From Haloferacaceae archaeon (GTDB lineage Archaea > Halobacteriota > Halobacteria > Halobacteriales > Haloferacaceae), in contig JBDGTU010000022.1 of assembly GCA_042216495.1 (NCBI GenBank), positions 1,208 to 65,207 of the forward strand: DNA of 64,000 nucleotides, given 5' to 3'. Shown one piece after another: positions 8,764 to 18,656 of the stretch. The notes under the pieces were generated by a model, which saw nothing but the letters and a program-made list of their open reading frames with translations, searched no databases and was not told the DNA's origin. The position numbers and the translations under genes were made by a program. Numbering within the stretch: the first letter of the stretch is position 1; every line of letters starts with the position of its first letter.

Positions 8764-10110
8764 ATGAGCCAGACGACAGTCGTCGTCGGTGGAGACGCGG
8801 CGGGCATGAGTGCGGCGAGCAAACTCAAACGTGAGGACCCGGACGCGGAAGTCATCGTCTTCGAGAAGGGCCAGTGGGTGTCCTACGCCGCCTGCGGGAC
8901 GCCCTACTACGTCAAGGGCGTCATCGACGACGTCGAGGACCTGGTCGCGGTCGAACCCGAGACGTTCGTCGAGGAGCGGGATATCGACCTGCGCCTCGGC
9001 CACGAAGTCGTCGCCATCGACACCGAGGCCGAGACGGTAACCGTCGACGGTGCCGGCGAGCGGTTCGAGCAGTCCTACGACGACCTCCTCGTCGCCACCG
9101 GTGCACACGCCGTCGAACCGCCGTTCGAGGGCTTCGGCCTCGACGGCGTCTTCACCCTCCACGGCCTCGACGCAGCCGAGCGAATCCGGGCGTTCGTCGA
9201 GACGGAATCCGTCGACTCCGTGGGCGTCGTCGGCGGCGGCTACGTCGGCATCGAGATGGTCGAGGCGTTCCACGCCCGCGGATTCGACGTCCACCTGTTC
9301 GAGATGCTCCCCCACGTGCTGCCGCCGTTCGGGGAGACGGTGGCCGAGGCCGTCGAGGGGGAACTGGATTCGAAGGGCGTCACCCTCCACCTCGACACGG
9401 CCGTCGAGAGATTCGAGGGCGGGGACCGGGTCGAACGCGTCGTCGCCGACGGAGCGTCGGTCTCCGTCGACGCCGTCCTCGTTGGCGTCGGCGTCGCGCC
9501 AACCGTCGAACTCGCCGAGGAGGCCGGCATCGAGACGGGTGAGACCGGGGCCATCGCCGTCGACGAGTACGGCCGGACGAACGTCGAGAACGTCTACGCC
9601 GCGGGCGACTGCGCGGAAGCGGAGCACGTCGTCACGGGCGAACCGGCACACGTTCCGCTGGCGCTGACGGCGAACCGGTCGGGGCGGGCCATCGGCCAGA
9701 CGCTAGCCGGGGAGCCGACGCCGGTGAGCAAGACGGCAGGCACTGCCGCGGTGAAAGCGCTCGACCTCGACGCCGCCCGGACGGGTATCCTCGACGAGTC
9801 GGAGGCTCGCGAAGCCGGCTTCGACCCCGTGAGCGCCACCATCACGGCACCGACGCGGGCGCACTACTATCCCGGCGGGGAGGAGATTACGATTACGCTC
9901 GTCGCCGACCGGACGTCCGAACGGGTACTCGGTGCAGCCATGGTCGGTGGCGAGGGAGTCGCCAAGCGCGTCGACACGGTGGCGACGGCCCTCTCCGGCG
10001 GGATGACCGTCGACGAGGTCGAAGAGTTAGACCTCTCGTACGCGCCGCCGTTCAGTCCGACGTGGGACCCCGTACTGACCGCGGCGAAGGTCCTCGCGAG
10101 CAAGCTCTGA
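8764..10110 (+). CDS. FAD-dependent pyridine nucleotide-disulfide oxidoreductase (NADH oxidase / CoA-disulfide reductase family)
   Basis: GGDAAG FAD fold, single redox Cys in SYAACG, ATG motif, GGGYVG NAD fold, AGD, YYPG and YAPPF. Confidence 0.92.
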   Translation: MSQTTVVVGGDAAGMSAASKLKREDPDAEVIVFEKGQWVSYAACGTPYYVKGVIDDVEDLVAVEPETFVEERDIDLRLGHEVVAIDTEAETVTVDGAGERFEQSYDDLLVATGAHAVEPPFEGFGLDGVFTLHGLDAAERIRAFVETESVDSVGVVGGGYVGIEMVEAFHARGFDVHLFEMLPHVLPPFGETVAEAVEGELDSKGVTLHLDTAVERFEGGDRVERVVADGASVSVDAVLVGVGVAPTVELAEEAGIETGETGAIAVDEYGRTNVENVYAAGDCAEAEHVVTGEPAHVPLALTANRSGRAIGQTLAGEPTPVSKTAGTAAVKALDLDAARTGILDESEAREAGFDPVSATITAPTRAHYYPGGEEITITLVADRTSERVLGAAMVGGEGVAKRVDTVATALSGGMTVDEVEELDLSYAPPFSPTWDPVLTAAKVLASKL

Positions 10111-10238
10111 GACGGATTGCCCTCACTGGTTCCTGCGGCCCCGCCCGACTGCGGGCGGTCGACGAGGGGACTGACTGAGCGCAATCCGTACGGGCCGACA
10201 CCCCTAGAGTTACGTCACGTCGGGCGGGTAGTGCCGCT

Positions 10239-10667
10239 ATGACGGAGCAGATACTGGTGCCCATAGACGGGTCCGAACCCTCGAAGAAAGCGCTCGACTT
10301 CGCGCTCGAACAGTTCCCCGACGCCGACGTCGTCGCGTTGACCGTCGTCGACCCGACGGACGTCGGCTACGCGTCCATCGAAGCGACGCCGAGTACGTTC
10401 CAGAAACTCCACGAGGCGGCCCGCGAGGAGGCCGAACGCGTCCTCGACGAGGCGACGGACCGGGCGGCCGAACGCGGCCGAGACGTCCGGACGGAGAGGG
10501 TCGTCGGAGCCCCGGCACGAGCCATCGTCGACTACGCCGAAGAGCACGACGTCGACCAGGTCGTCGTCGGCAGTCACGGCCGGACGGGCGTCACGCGGGT
10601 CCTCCTCGGGAGCGTCGCCGAGACGGTGGTCCGGCGGTCACCCGTCCCGGTCACCGTCGTCAGGTAG
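10239..10667 (+). CDS. Universal stress protein (UspA family)
   Basis: ILVPIDGS...GSHGRTG...LLGSVAETVVRRSPVPVTVV. Confidence 0.95.
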   Translation: MTEQILVPIDGSEPSKKALDFALEQFPDADVVALTVVDPTDVGYASIEATPSTFQKLHEAAREEAERVLDEATDRAAERGRDVRTERVVGAPARAIVDYAEEHDVDQVVVGSHGRTGVTRVLLGSVAETVVRRSPVPVTVVR

Positions 10668-11247
10668 GCCGGTCGTCGGGCGACAGGTCGCGAAACGCCG
10701 CCTCGAAGTCGGTCTGGGTGAACTCGGCGACCGTCTCGTCGACCTGACTCCGCAGTTCGGAGACGCGCTCTTCGAGGCGGGCGTACTCGTCGCTCGCCTG
10801 GAGTTCCTGTTGTGTCTTCGTGCTCTCGAGTGCCGCCTTCTTCTCGACCAACCGGTAGGTCTCCTGGAGTCCTTCGTCGAACTCGTCGCGGCGGACCATC
10901 CGGTCGACGGCGTCTTCCAGGTCGTTGCAAGTGATGGGCTTGACGAGGTAGTCGTCGATGTCCATGTCGACGATGTCGAAGTCGGGGTCGACGGCCGTCA
11001 CCATCACTACACGGGGGTCGAGTTCGCGGTCCGCGAACCGTTCGAGTACCTCGTCCCCGGAGAGGCCGGGCATCCGGCGGTCCAACAGGACGACGTCGAC
11101 GTCCTCGTCGACGCGGCCAAGCGCCTCCTCGCCGTCGTAGGCCGTCCGAACAGTGGCCGTCTCCGCGAGCCAGAAGGAGTAGAGGTCCGCTAACGGCTGT
11201 TCGTCCTCGACCACGAGCACCGTCGGATTCGATTCGGATTCGGTCAT
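10660..11247 (-). CDS. Response regulator: receiver domain plus HalX domain
   Basis: LVVED, phospho-acceptor LLDRRMP, MVTA and YLVKP. C-terminal KKAALE...ELQASDEYARL coiled HalX-type tail. Confidence 0.9.
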   Translation of the reverse strand: MTESESNPTVLVVEDEQPLADLYSFWLAETATVRTAYDGEEALGRVDEDVDVVLLDRRMPGLSGDEVLERFADRELDPRVVMVTAVDPDFDIVDMDIDDYLVKPITCNDLEDAVDRMVRRDEFDEGLQETYRLVEKKAALESTKTQQELQASDEYARLEERVSELRSQVDETVAEFTQTDFEAAFRDLSPDDRPT

Positions 11248-11461
11248 CGTGTGCTCCGTCCCTCGTCGCGTCGGTCACCGACGGGTCCCTCGCCGTCTCT
11301 CGGGAAGCCGCCGACCGCGTGGTCCTCACCGGGAGGCGAGCCGCCAGCGTGAGGGATTGTCATGGTGGAAGCCATCCGTTATCGTCGTATCAAAGTTACG
11401 GCCACGTCGGCGTTCGCTGACACGAGCGGCGAAGGGGCGCTCGCGCCGTGGCGTCGGGGCG

Positions 11462-11884
11462 TCACGGAACGTCCGCCGGGCGCACCCAGATGACGAACTC
11501 GCCGTCGCGCTTGATGACGCCCTGGACGGCGTCGCTCCCGTCTCCCGGGGCAGGTTCGACGTCGTCCGGCGTGATGGCGACGACCTGGTCGACTTCGTCG
11601 ACCAGCCACCCCACCGCCTCGCTGTCCTCGGCCTGGTCCGGGTCGAAGACGACGATGCGTTTGCTCTCGCGGTCGTCGCGGATGCCGAACACCGACTTCG
11701 GGTCGACGATGGACGTCGTCTTTCCCCGGAGGTCCATCACGCCCTCGACGTGTCTGGGCGAGTTCGGAACCACCGTGAGTTCGTCGACGTCGACGATTTC
11801 GGCGACGTGGGCGATGTCGACGCAGTACGTCTCGTCGCCCAGTTCGAACTCCAGGACCTGTTTCTCCCGGACGGTTTCGGTCAT
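11462..11884 (-). CDS. cheW: Chemotaxis adaptor CheW
   Basis: [36 protein letters not shown] overlap with the hemAT stop. Confidence 0.95.
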   Translation of the reverse strand: MTETVREKQVLEFELGDETYCVDIAHVAEIVDVDELTVVPNSPRHVEGVMDLRGKTTSIVDPKSVFGIRDDRESKRIVVFDPDQAEDSEAVGWLVDEVDQVVAITPDDVEPAPGDGSDAVQGVIKRDGEFVIWVRPADVP

Positions 11885-13350
11885 CGTCGCGCCTCCGTAA
11901 GCCGGTCGAGCGCATCCTTGACGTCGGCGACGTTGTCCCGCTGTTCGACCGTCGCCTCGGCCACCTCGTTCGCTTCGGTGCGCACCCGTTCCGCGTGTTC
12001 GACGGTCCGGTCGAGCATGCTCGCGACTTCCTCCGTACTCGCCGCCTGGTCGTCCGTGGCCTCGGCGACTTCGTCGATTCCCTGGGTCGTCTCGCTCACC
12101 GCCTCGACGATGTCGGTGAGGTTCTGCATCGCCCGTTCGACCTCCTCGACGCCCTCGTCTAGCTTCTCGGTCGTCGCGTCCAGGCTCTCGACGGTCTCTT
12201 CCGTGTCGTGTTGAATCCGGTCGACCATCTCCTCGATCTGTCCGGCCTGTTCCTGTGACTCCTCGGCGAGGCTCTTGACCTCGTCGGCGACGACGGCGAA
12301 GCCGTCGCCCGCCTCACCGGCCCGCGCCGCCTCGATGGACGCGTTGAGCGCGAGCAGGTTCGTCTGGTCCGCGATGTCGTTGATGACCTCGACCACGTCG
12401 TCGATCTGTTCGACGCGCGACTGCAGTTCCTCGACGTCCGTCGAGACGTCTTCGGCGGCGTCGTCGACGTCCTGCATCACCTCGATGGCCTCGTCGGCCG
12501 AGTCGCGCCCCTCGACGGCGAGTTCTTCGGCCGTCTCGCTCGTCGCGCGGACCTGGTCGGCGGTGGCGGCGATTTCCTCGACCGTCGCGCTCATGTCCGA
12601 CACCTCGTCGGCTACTTCGGTCACGTTCTCGGCCTGCTCGGTGGCGACGTCGCTGATGTGACGGGAACTCTCGGCGACGTCTTCGGCCCGGTCTTCGAGA
12701 TGGTCTATCCCGGCACTCACGTCGTCGGCCACTTCCTCGCGGCGCTCGATTTCTTCCTCGTACTCCCGAGCGTAGGAGTGGATGTACGTGTCCATGGCCA
12801 CCTGCTGGTCGAGGGTGACGAGCTTCAGGATCGACATGATTCGGTCGGTCAGGTCGTCGACGACCGCCTCGGCGTCGGCGTCGGCGAGGTCCGCTTTCGC
12901 TTCCTCGGCCGCGACGTCGACGAGCCCCTCGTAGTAGATGGAGTAGGCACCGAGGTAGATCTTCGGCCCCAGGTCGAGCATGTCGTGGATCTTCCCGATG
13001 CGGGCCCGCCGCTGGAAGTACGCCTCGTCGTACGTGCCGCTCCCCAGGTCGGTGAGGTACTCCCGCTGATTCCGCTTCAGCGCCGATATCGACTTCGAGG
13101 AGCGGCCGAGGATGTCCACGGTCTCGTCGTAGGCCTGGAGGTGGTCGTAGTACTCGTCGACGAGGCCATCGGCCACGTCCTCGAACGCGTCCCCCATCTC
13201 CGCCAACCGGCGGGCGTCCGACTCGTCGAACCGCGTGAACGACTTTCGCCACTCGATTTCCGCCGCATCGATTCCGAGTTCGCCCGTGAGGAGTTCTCCG
13301 TCCACTTGCTTTCGCGTGGCGGCAGTGATGCTCCCCTCTGGAGTCGACAT
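11881..13350 (-). CDS. hemAT: Globin-coupled soluble transducer (HemAT-type aerotaxis sensor)
   Basis: N-terminal sensor globin ([22 protein letters not shown], proximal His). MCP hairpin [33 protein letters not shown]. No TM helix. Confidence 0.93.
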   Translation of the reverse strand: MSTPEGSITAATRKQVDGELLTGELGIDAAEIEWRKSFTRFDESDARRLAEMGDAFEDVADGLVDEYYDHLQAYDETVDILGRSSKSISALKRNQREYLTDLGSGTYDEAYFQRRARIGKIHDMLDLGPKIYLGAYSIYYEGLVDVAAEEAKADLADADAEAVVDDLTDRIMSILKLVTLDQQVAMDTYIHSYAREYEEEIERREEVADDVSAGIDHLEDRAEDVAESSRHISDVATEQAENVTEVADEVSDMSATVEEIAATADQVRATSETAEELAVEGRDSADEAIEVMQDVDDAAEDVSTDVEELQSRVEQIDDVVEVINDIADQTNLLALNASIEAARAGEAGDGFAVVADEVKSLAEESQEQAGQIEEMVDRIQHDTEETVESLDATTEKLDEGVEEVERAMQNLTDIVEAVSETTQGIDEVAEATDDQAASTEEVASMLDRTVEHAERVRTEANEVAEATVEQRDNVADVKDALDRLTEARR

Positions 13351-13393
13351 ATGCCCGGATTCGCGAACCAGGGGTTAAATGTAGTCCTCCGGT

Positions 13394-13407
13394 TCTCAAC
13401 TTTGAGA
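13394..13407. promoter_or_regulatory. Motility-cluster palindrome TCTCA-ACTT-TGAGA centred between the divergent hemAT and cheB TATA boxes
   Basis: TTAA 13375-13378 (minus-strand TATA core) and TTAT 13423-13426 (plus-strand core) each lie 15 nt from the motif. Confidence 0.7.
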
Positions 13408-13540
13408 CTATCGTCGGAGTCTTTATTTCGGTCGTTTCGAAACCAGTGTTTGAAGAAATGACCGGAGTTGCCCCCCGGCGTCGGCAAGGGTCGTCCGAGG
13501 GCGCGAGAGTCGAGACACCGACGACGGCGGTAGCACAGGG

Positions 13541-14587
13541 ATGACCGGCGCGACGCGTGCAGTCGTCGTCGACGACTCGCACTTCATGCGGACGGTCGTC
13601 TCCGACATCCTCGAGGACGGTGGCATCGACGTGGTCGCGACGGCGAGCGACGGCGCGGAGGCCGTCGACGCCGTCGCCGAACACGCCCCCGACGTCGTCA
13701 CCATGGACGTCGAGATGCCGAACGTGAACGGCATCGAGGCCGTCGAGCGCATCATGGCCGACCGGCCGACGCCGGTCCTCATGCTGAGCGCCCACACCGA
13801 CGACGGGGCCGACGTCACCTTCGAAGCCCTGGAGAAGGGCGCAGTCGACTTCTTCACCAAACCCGGGGGAGAGGTGTCGACGAAGATGTCGACGATGGAG
13901 GACCAGTTGGTCCGGAAGGTGAAGTCGGTGGCCGGTGCGACCGTCTCCGGGACCACCCGGCAACCGTCGACGGAGACGACACGCCGCGACGGCTACGACG
14001 AGAACGTCACCGTCGTCGTCGCGTCCTCGACGGGCGGTCCGACCGTCGTCGAAGAGGTCGTCGGGTCGCTCCCTCTCGAAGCGAATCTCCGGGTGTTCGT
14101 GGTACAGCACATGCCGAACGGATTCACCGGCCGGTTCGCCGACCGCCTCGACGCGGCCAGCGAGTACGCGGTCCGCGAGGCGAGCGACGGCGACCGCGTC
14201 AGCGGCGGGGAGATACTCGTCGCCGCCGGCGGCACCCACCTGTCCATCTCGGGCTACGCCCGGGGACGGGCCCGCGTCAAACTGACGGACGACCCGCCGG
14301 TACACGGCGTCCGGCCCGCGGCCGACGTGACGATGCAGTCGGCGGCCGAGCAGATCGACGACCCGCTCGTCGGCGTCGTCCTCACCGGGATGGGTGGAGA
14401 CGGTGCCGCCGGCGTCGAGGAAATCGGCCGCGCCGGCGGTCACGTCGTCGCACAGGACGAAGACACGTCGGCCGTGTTCGGGATGCCGAAACGGGCCATC
14501 GAGACCGGCTACGTCGACGACGTGCGGCCGGTCGGGGAGATTCCCGACGCGATTCTCGACTCCATCGAACGGGAGGCTACCGTATGA
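13541..14587 (+). CDS. cheB: Chemotaxis methylesterase CheB
   Basis: Receiver domain (VVDDS, MDVEMP) plus esterase motifs SSTGG, QHMP, RPAAD, LTGMGGDG and FGMP. Confidence 0.97.
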   Translation: MTGATRAVVVDDSHFMRTVVSDILEDGGIDVVATASDGAEAVDAVAEHAPDVVTMDVEMPNVNGIEAVERIMADRPTPVLMLSAHTDDGADVTFEALEKGAVDFFTKPGGEVSTKMSTMEDQLVRKVKSVAGATVSGTTRQPSTETTRRDGYDENVTVVVASSTGGPTVVEEVVGSLPLEANLRVFVVQHMPNGFTGRFADRLDAASEYAVREASDGDRVSGGEILVAAGGTHLSISGYARGRARVKLTDDPPVHGVRPAADVTMQSAAEQIDDPLVGVVLTGMGGDGAAGVEEIGRAGGHVVAQDEDTSAVFGMPKRAIETGYVDDVRPVGEIPDAILDSIEREATV

Positions 14588-16611
14588 ACGACGACTACCT
14601 ACAGGCGTTTATCCGCGAGAGCGAAGAGCAGTTGACCGACCTGAACAACTCGTTGCTCGCCCTCGAATCCGAACCGGACGACAGGGAGGCGATGGGCAAC
14701 ATCTTCCGCACCGCACACACGCTCAAAGGCAACTTCGGTGCGATGGGTTTCGACACCATCAGCGACCTGGCCCACGCCATCGAGGACCTGCTGGACGAGA
14801 TCCGGTCCGGGAACGTCGAAGTGACGCCCGAGATCATGGACCTCGTGTTCGCCGGCGTCGACCAGATCGAGGTCGCCCTCGACGAAATCGAAGCGGAGGG
14901 CGAGGCGAGCGTCGACCCCAGCGACCTCGAAGACGAGATTCGACAGGTCATCGAGGAAGAGGCCGGCGGCGAGACCGCAGACGGCGACGGAGCAGACGGC
15001 GACCCCACGAACGGAGCGGCCGACGCCGGCGAGGGCGTCTACCGCGCTCGGGTCGACGTCGGCGACCCCGAGATGAAGGGCGTCGACGGGATGCTCGTCC
15101 TCGACGCGGTCCGCGAGGAGTTCGACCTCGTCGACGCCGACCCGAGCGCGGACGCCATCGAGGACGGCGAGTACGAGGCGTCCTTCGACCTCTACGTCAG
15201 TGCCGAGAGCGACGAAGCGGTGTCGGCGACGCTGGCGGACGTGACCGCCGTCGAGAGCGCGGCTGTCGCTGTCGCGGACGACGGTGACGCCGCCGCGACC
15301 CCCGACGAGAGGGAAGCGTCCCCGGCCGCCGCCGACGAGAGCGAGAGCGCCCGGACCGCTGAGGCTACCGACGACGATTCCACCGACCACTCGACCGACG
15401 ACCACTCGACCGCCGACGATTCGGCCGACGGGAGCGAGTCGAGTTCGACCACGTCGCCGTCCTCGGCCTCGTCGACCAAGGAGATCAGTTCGGTCCGCGT
15501 CGACGTCGACCAACTCGACGACCTGCACGGGCTGGTCGAGCAACTGGTGACGAGTCGCATCAAGCTTCGGCGGGCCGTCGAGGAGGGGGACATCGCGACC
15601 GCCACGGACAATCTCAGCGAACTCGACAAGATTACGGCGAACCTCCAGAACACGGTCATGGACGTGCGGCTGATACCGATGAAGAAGGTCATCAGCAAGT
15701 TCCCGCGTCTGGTCCGTGACCTGGCCCGCGAACAGGACAAGGAGATCGACTTTTCGATGGAGGGACAGGACATCGAACTCGACCGGACCATCCTGACCGA
15801 GATCAGCGACCCGCTGATGCACATCCTCCGGAACGCCGTCGACCACGGCATCGAACCGCCGGCGGAGCGAGCGGAGTCAGGGAAACCCCGCGAGGGGACG
15901 ATAGAACTCCGGGCGACTCGCGAACGCGACCACGTCACGGTCGAGGTCGAGGACGACGGCCGCGGCCTCGACGTCGAGCGACTCCGGGAGGAGGCCCTCG
16001 AACGGGGCGTCCGCTCGGCGGCCGAGCTGGACGCGATGGAGGATTCGGAGGTGTACGACCTCGTCTTCCACCCGGGGTTCTCCACCGCCGACGAAGTGAC
16101 CGACGTGAGCGGTCGCGGGGTCGGGATGGACGTCGTTCACAGCACGGTCAAACAGCTCGACGGCTCGGTGAGCGTCGAGAGCGAACTCGGGGAGGGGACG
16201 ACCGTGAGCCTCCGCCTCCCGGTGACGGTGGCCATCGTGAAGGTCCTGTTCGTCGAAGTCGGCGACGAGGAGTTCGGCGTCCCCATCAAGAACGTCGACG
16301 AGGTGAGCCGCGAGGGGCGGTTCGAGACCATCAGCGAACGGGCGGTCATCGAACACGACGACGACATCTACCAGGTCATCGACCTCGCGGAGGTCCTCGA
16401 CGTGCCCGGCGACACCGAGGAGGACGGCATGCTCCTGCGCATCCGCAAGTCGGAGCGGGCCGTCGCGCTGCGCTGCGACTCGGTGAACAAACAGGAAGAG
16501 GTCGTCGTCAAACCCCTGGAAGGCATCCTCAGCGGCATCCCCGGACTCAGCGGGACGGCCGTCCTCGGTGACGGGAACATCGTCCCCATCCTCGACGTGG
16601 TGACGCTCTGA
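14584..16611 (+). CDS. cheA: Chemotaxis histidine kinase CheA
   Basis: Hpt FRTAHTLKG, P2, acidic linker, SVRVD dimerisation domain, HILRNAVDHGIE, DDGRG, SGRGVGMDVV, CheW-like P5. Confidence 0.98.
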   Translation: MNDDYLQAFIRESEEQLTDLNNSLLALESEPDDREAMGNIFRTAHTLKGNFGAMGFDTISDLAHAIEDLLDEIRSGNVEVTPEIMDLVFAGVDQIEVALDEIEAEGEASVDPSDLEDEIRQVIEEEAGGETADGDGADGDPTNGAADAGEGVYRARVDVGDPEMKGVDGMLVLDAVREEFDLVDADPSADAIEDGEYEASFDLYVSAESDEAVSATLADVTAVESAAVAVADDGDAAATPDEREASPAAADESESARTAEATDDDSTDHSTDDHSTADDSADGSESSSTTSPSSASSTKEISSVRVDVDQLDDLHGLVEQLVTSRIKLRRAVEEGDIATATDNLSELDKITANLQNTVMDVRLIPMKKVISKFPRLVRDLAREQDKEIDFSMEGQDIELDRTILTEISDPLMHILRNAVDHGIEPPAERAESGKPREGTIELRATRERDHVTVEVEDDGRGLDVERLREEALERGVRSAAELDAMEDSEVYDLVFHPGFSTADEVTDVSGRGVGMDVVHSTVKQLDGSVSVESELGEGTTVSLRLPVTVAIVKVLFVEVGDEEFGVPIKNVDEVSREGRFETISERAVIEHDDDIYQVIDLAEVLDVPGDTEEDGMLLRIRKSERAVALRCDSVNKQEEVVVKPLEGILSGIPGLSGTAVLGDGNIVPILDVVTL

Positions 16612-16613
16612 CC

Positions 16614-17426
16614 ATGACCGAAACGACCGGCTCGGACGGGTTCGACCGACTCCTCGCCCACATCGAGGACAACCTGGCGTTCGAGTCCTCCCACTACAAC
16701 GACGCCTACCTCGACCGGCGCATCTCGGCACGAATGCGCCGGCGGGGCGCCGACACCTACGGCGAGTATCTCGACCTGTTGCGCGCGGACGACGACGAAC
16801 CCGAGGCGCTCCTCGACTCGCTCAGTATCAACGTCACGGGCTTTTTCCGCAATCCGGAGGTGTGGACGGAGATACGGGACCTCCTGCGGGAACTCACGGC
16901 GTCGGGGCGGACGCGGGTGTGGAGCGCCCCCTGTTCGGACGGGCGGGAGCCCTACTCGCTGGCGATGCTCGCCCTCGACGACGACGAGATTCGGACGCGA
17001 CGGCTGGAGATCGTCGGCAGCGACATCAACGAGGACGTCCTCGACCGGGCCCGGAACGGCGTCTACCAGACCACCCGAACGACGGACATCGAGGCCGAAC
17101 TCGAACCGCTGTCGGACGCCTCGGCGTACGTCGACCGCGAGGAGGACAGCTTCGAGGTCGTACAGTCGGTCAAGGACCTCGTCACGTTCCGCCAGCACGA
17201 CCTCATCCGCGACGACCCGGAGACGGGAATGGACCTCGTGCTCTGTCGCAACCTCCTCATCTACATCAACTCGGCCTCCAAACGCTCCGTCGTCGAGACG
17301 GTCGTCTCGTCGCTGGAGGCGGGCGGCTACCTCGTCGTCGGCATGACCGAGACGCTCCCGCGGGAGTGTAAGTCGAGCGTGACGCCGGTGAACAAACGAC
17401 GCCGCGTCTACCGCAAGGTCGACTGA
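16614..17426 (+). CDS. cheR: Chemotaxis methyltransferase CheR
   Basis: INVTGFFRN, VWSAPCSDGREPYS, GSDI, CRNLLIY, GGYLVVG. Confidence 0.97.
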   Translation: MTETTGSDGFDRLLAHIEDNLAFESSHYNDAYLDRRISARMRRRGADTYGEYLDLLRADDDEPEALLDSLSINVTGFFRNPEVWTEIRDLLRELTASGRTRVWSAPCSDGREPYSLAMLALDDDEIRTRRLEIVGSDINEDVLDRARNGVYQTTRTTDIEAELEPLSDASAYVDREEDSFEVVQSVKDLVTFRQHDLIRDDPETGMDLVLCRNLLIYINSASKRSVVETVVSSLEAGGYLVVGMTETLPRECKSSVTPVNKRRRVYRKVD

Positions 17427-18643
17427 TGTCCCTCTATCAACTCGAGAAGGACGGCGACGCCGAGGCCCTCATCGACTACCTCCTCGGCGGAGAGACGGCC
17501 GCAATCCGCAGGCGGGCGGCCGAGGTGCTCGGCGACCTCGAAGCCGACGACCCGCAGGTCGTCGAGAAACTCGTCCGCGCGGCGACCGACGACGACGACG
17601 AGGCGGTCCGGGGGGCGGCCATCGACGCGCTCGACCGAATCGGCCAAGACGCCATCGAGCAACTCATCGTCAGCCTCTCGGGACAGGACGTCGAGGCGGG
17701 CGCGGACTGGATGCGTGCACGGGCGTTCGTGAAGACGCTCTCGGCCGACCGCCCGGAACTCCGGATGGCGTCGGCCAACGCGCTCGGCCGCCTCGGCGAC
17801 GAAGACGCCGTCCCGGCCCTCGTCGAGTCACTCACCGACCCGGACCCGCGGGTCCGAGAGCGCGTCGCCCGCGCCTGCGGCAAACTCGGCGACCCGCGGG
17901 CCGTCGACGCCCTCCGCGAACGGGTCGACGGCGACGAGCGACGGGTTCGACAGGCCGCGGCGGACGCGCTGGCGGCCATCGGGTCGAAGCGCGCGCTCGC
18001 CGCCCTCCTGGACCGGGTCGAGGACGACAGCCCCGAAGTCAGGTACGTCGCGGCGTCGGCGCTGGGCGACTACGGCGGCCCGAAACCCATCGACGCCCTC
18101 GTCGAGACGCTCGGCGACGAGAACGACGCTGTCCGGCGGGCCGCGGTCTACTCCATCGTGGAACTCCTGTCGAACGCCCCGGCGGAGCGGAGCCACGAGA
18201 TACGACAGACGGTGGTCGACAGACTCGGCGAAACCGCCGGCGGGAGCGTCGTCGAATCGCTGGTCGAACTCGTCGAAGAGGGGCGACAGACGGCCCAGCG
18301 GCGCAACGCCGCGTGGCTACTCGGCCGCACCGTCGGCGAGACACACCGGAGTCGCGCCGTCGACGCGCTCGTCTCGGCGCTCGGCGACGACGACGAGATG
18401 ACTGCACAGTTCGCGGCGACGAGCCTCGTCACTATCGGCGACGACGACGTTACCGACGCGTTGCTGGACCTGTTGGAGGACCCCGAATCGGACCAGGCCG
18501 CCGCCAAGGCGGTGTTCGTCCTCGGGAAAGTGGGCGACGCTCGCGCCCGGGAGAGACTCGAATCGCTCGTCGAATCGACCGAGGACCCGGAGGTGCGAAA
18601 GCAGGCGTTCTCGGCACTCTCGAAACTCGGTGGCAAACGATGA
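17426..18643 (+). CDS. HEAT/PBS-lyase repeat protein of haloarchaeal che clusters
   Basis: Many VR..AA.ALG repeats. Sits between cheR and cheF, as is usual in haloarchaea. Confidence 0.9.
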   Translation: MSLYQLEKDGDAEALIDYLLGGETAAIRRRAAEVLGDLEADDPQVVEKLVRAATDDDDEAVRGAAIDALDRIGQDAIEQLIVSLSGQDVEAGADWMRARAFVKTLSADRPELRMASANALGRLGDEDAVPALVESLTDPDPRVRERVARACGKLGDPRAVDALRERVDGDERRVRQAAADALAAIGSKRALAALLDRVEDDSPEVRYVAASALGDYGGPKPIDALVETLGDENDAVRRAAVYSIVELLSNAPAERSHEIRQTVVDRLGETAGGSVVESLVELVEEGRQTAQRRNAAWLLGRTVGETHRSRAVDALVSALGDDDEMTAQFAATSLVTIGDDDVTDALLDLLEDPESDQAAAKAVFVLGKVGDARARERLESLVESTEDPEVRKQAFSALSKLGGKR

Positions 18644-18656
18644 CCGACATCCGACG

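Noticed and set aside
15370-15430. Short repeats in the cheA linker (DHST/DDHST) and the cheW extension (DDTAT x2, about 36888-36922)
   Set aside because: In-frame slippage within low-complexity acidic linkers, which is common and carries no sign of a separate function.
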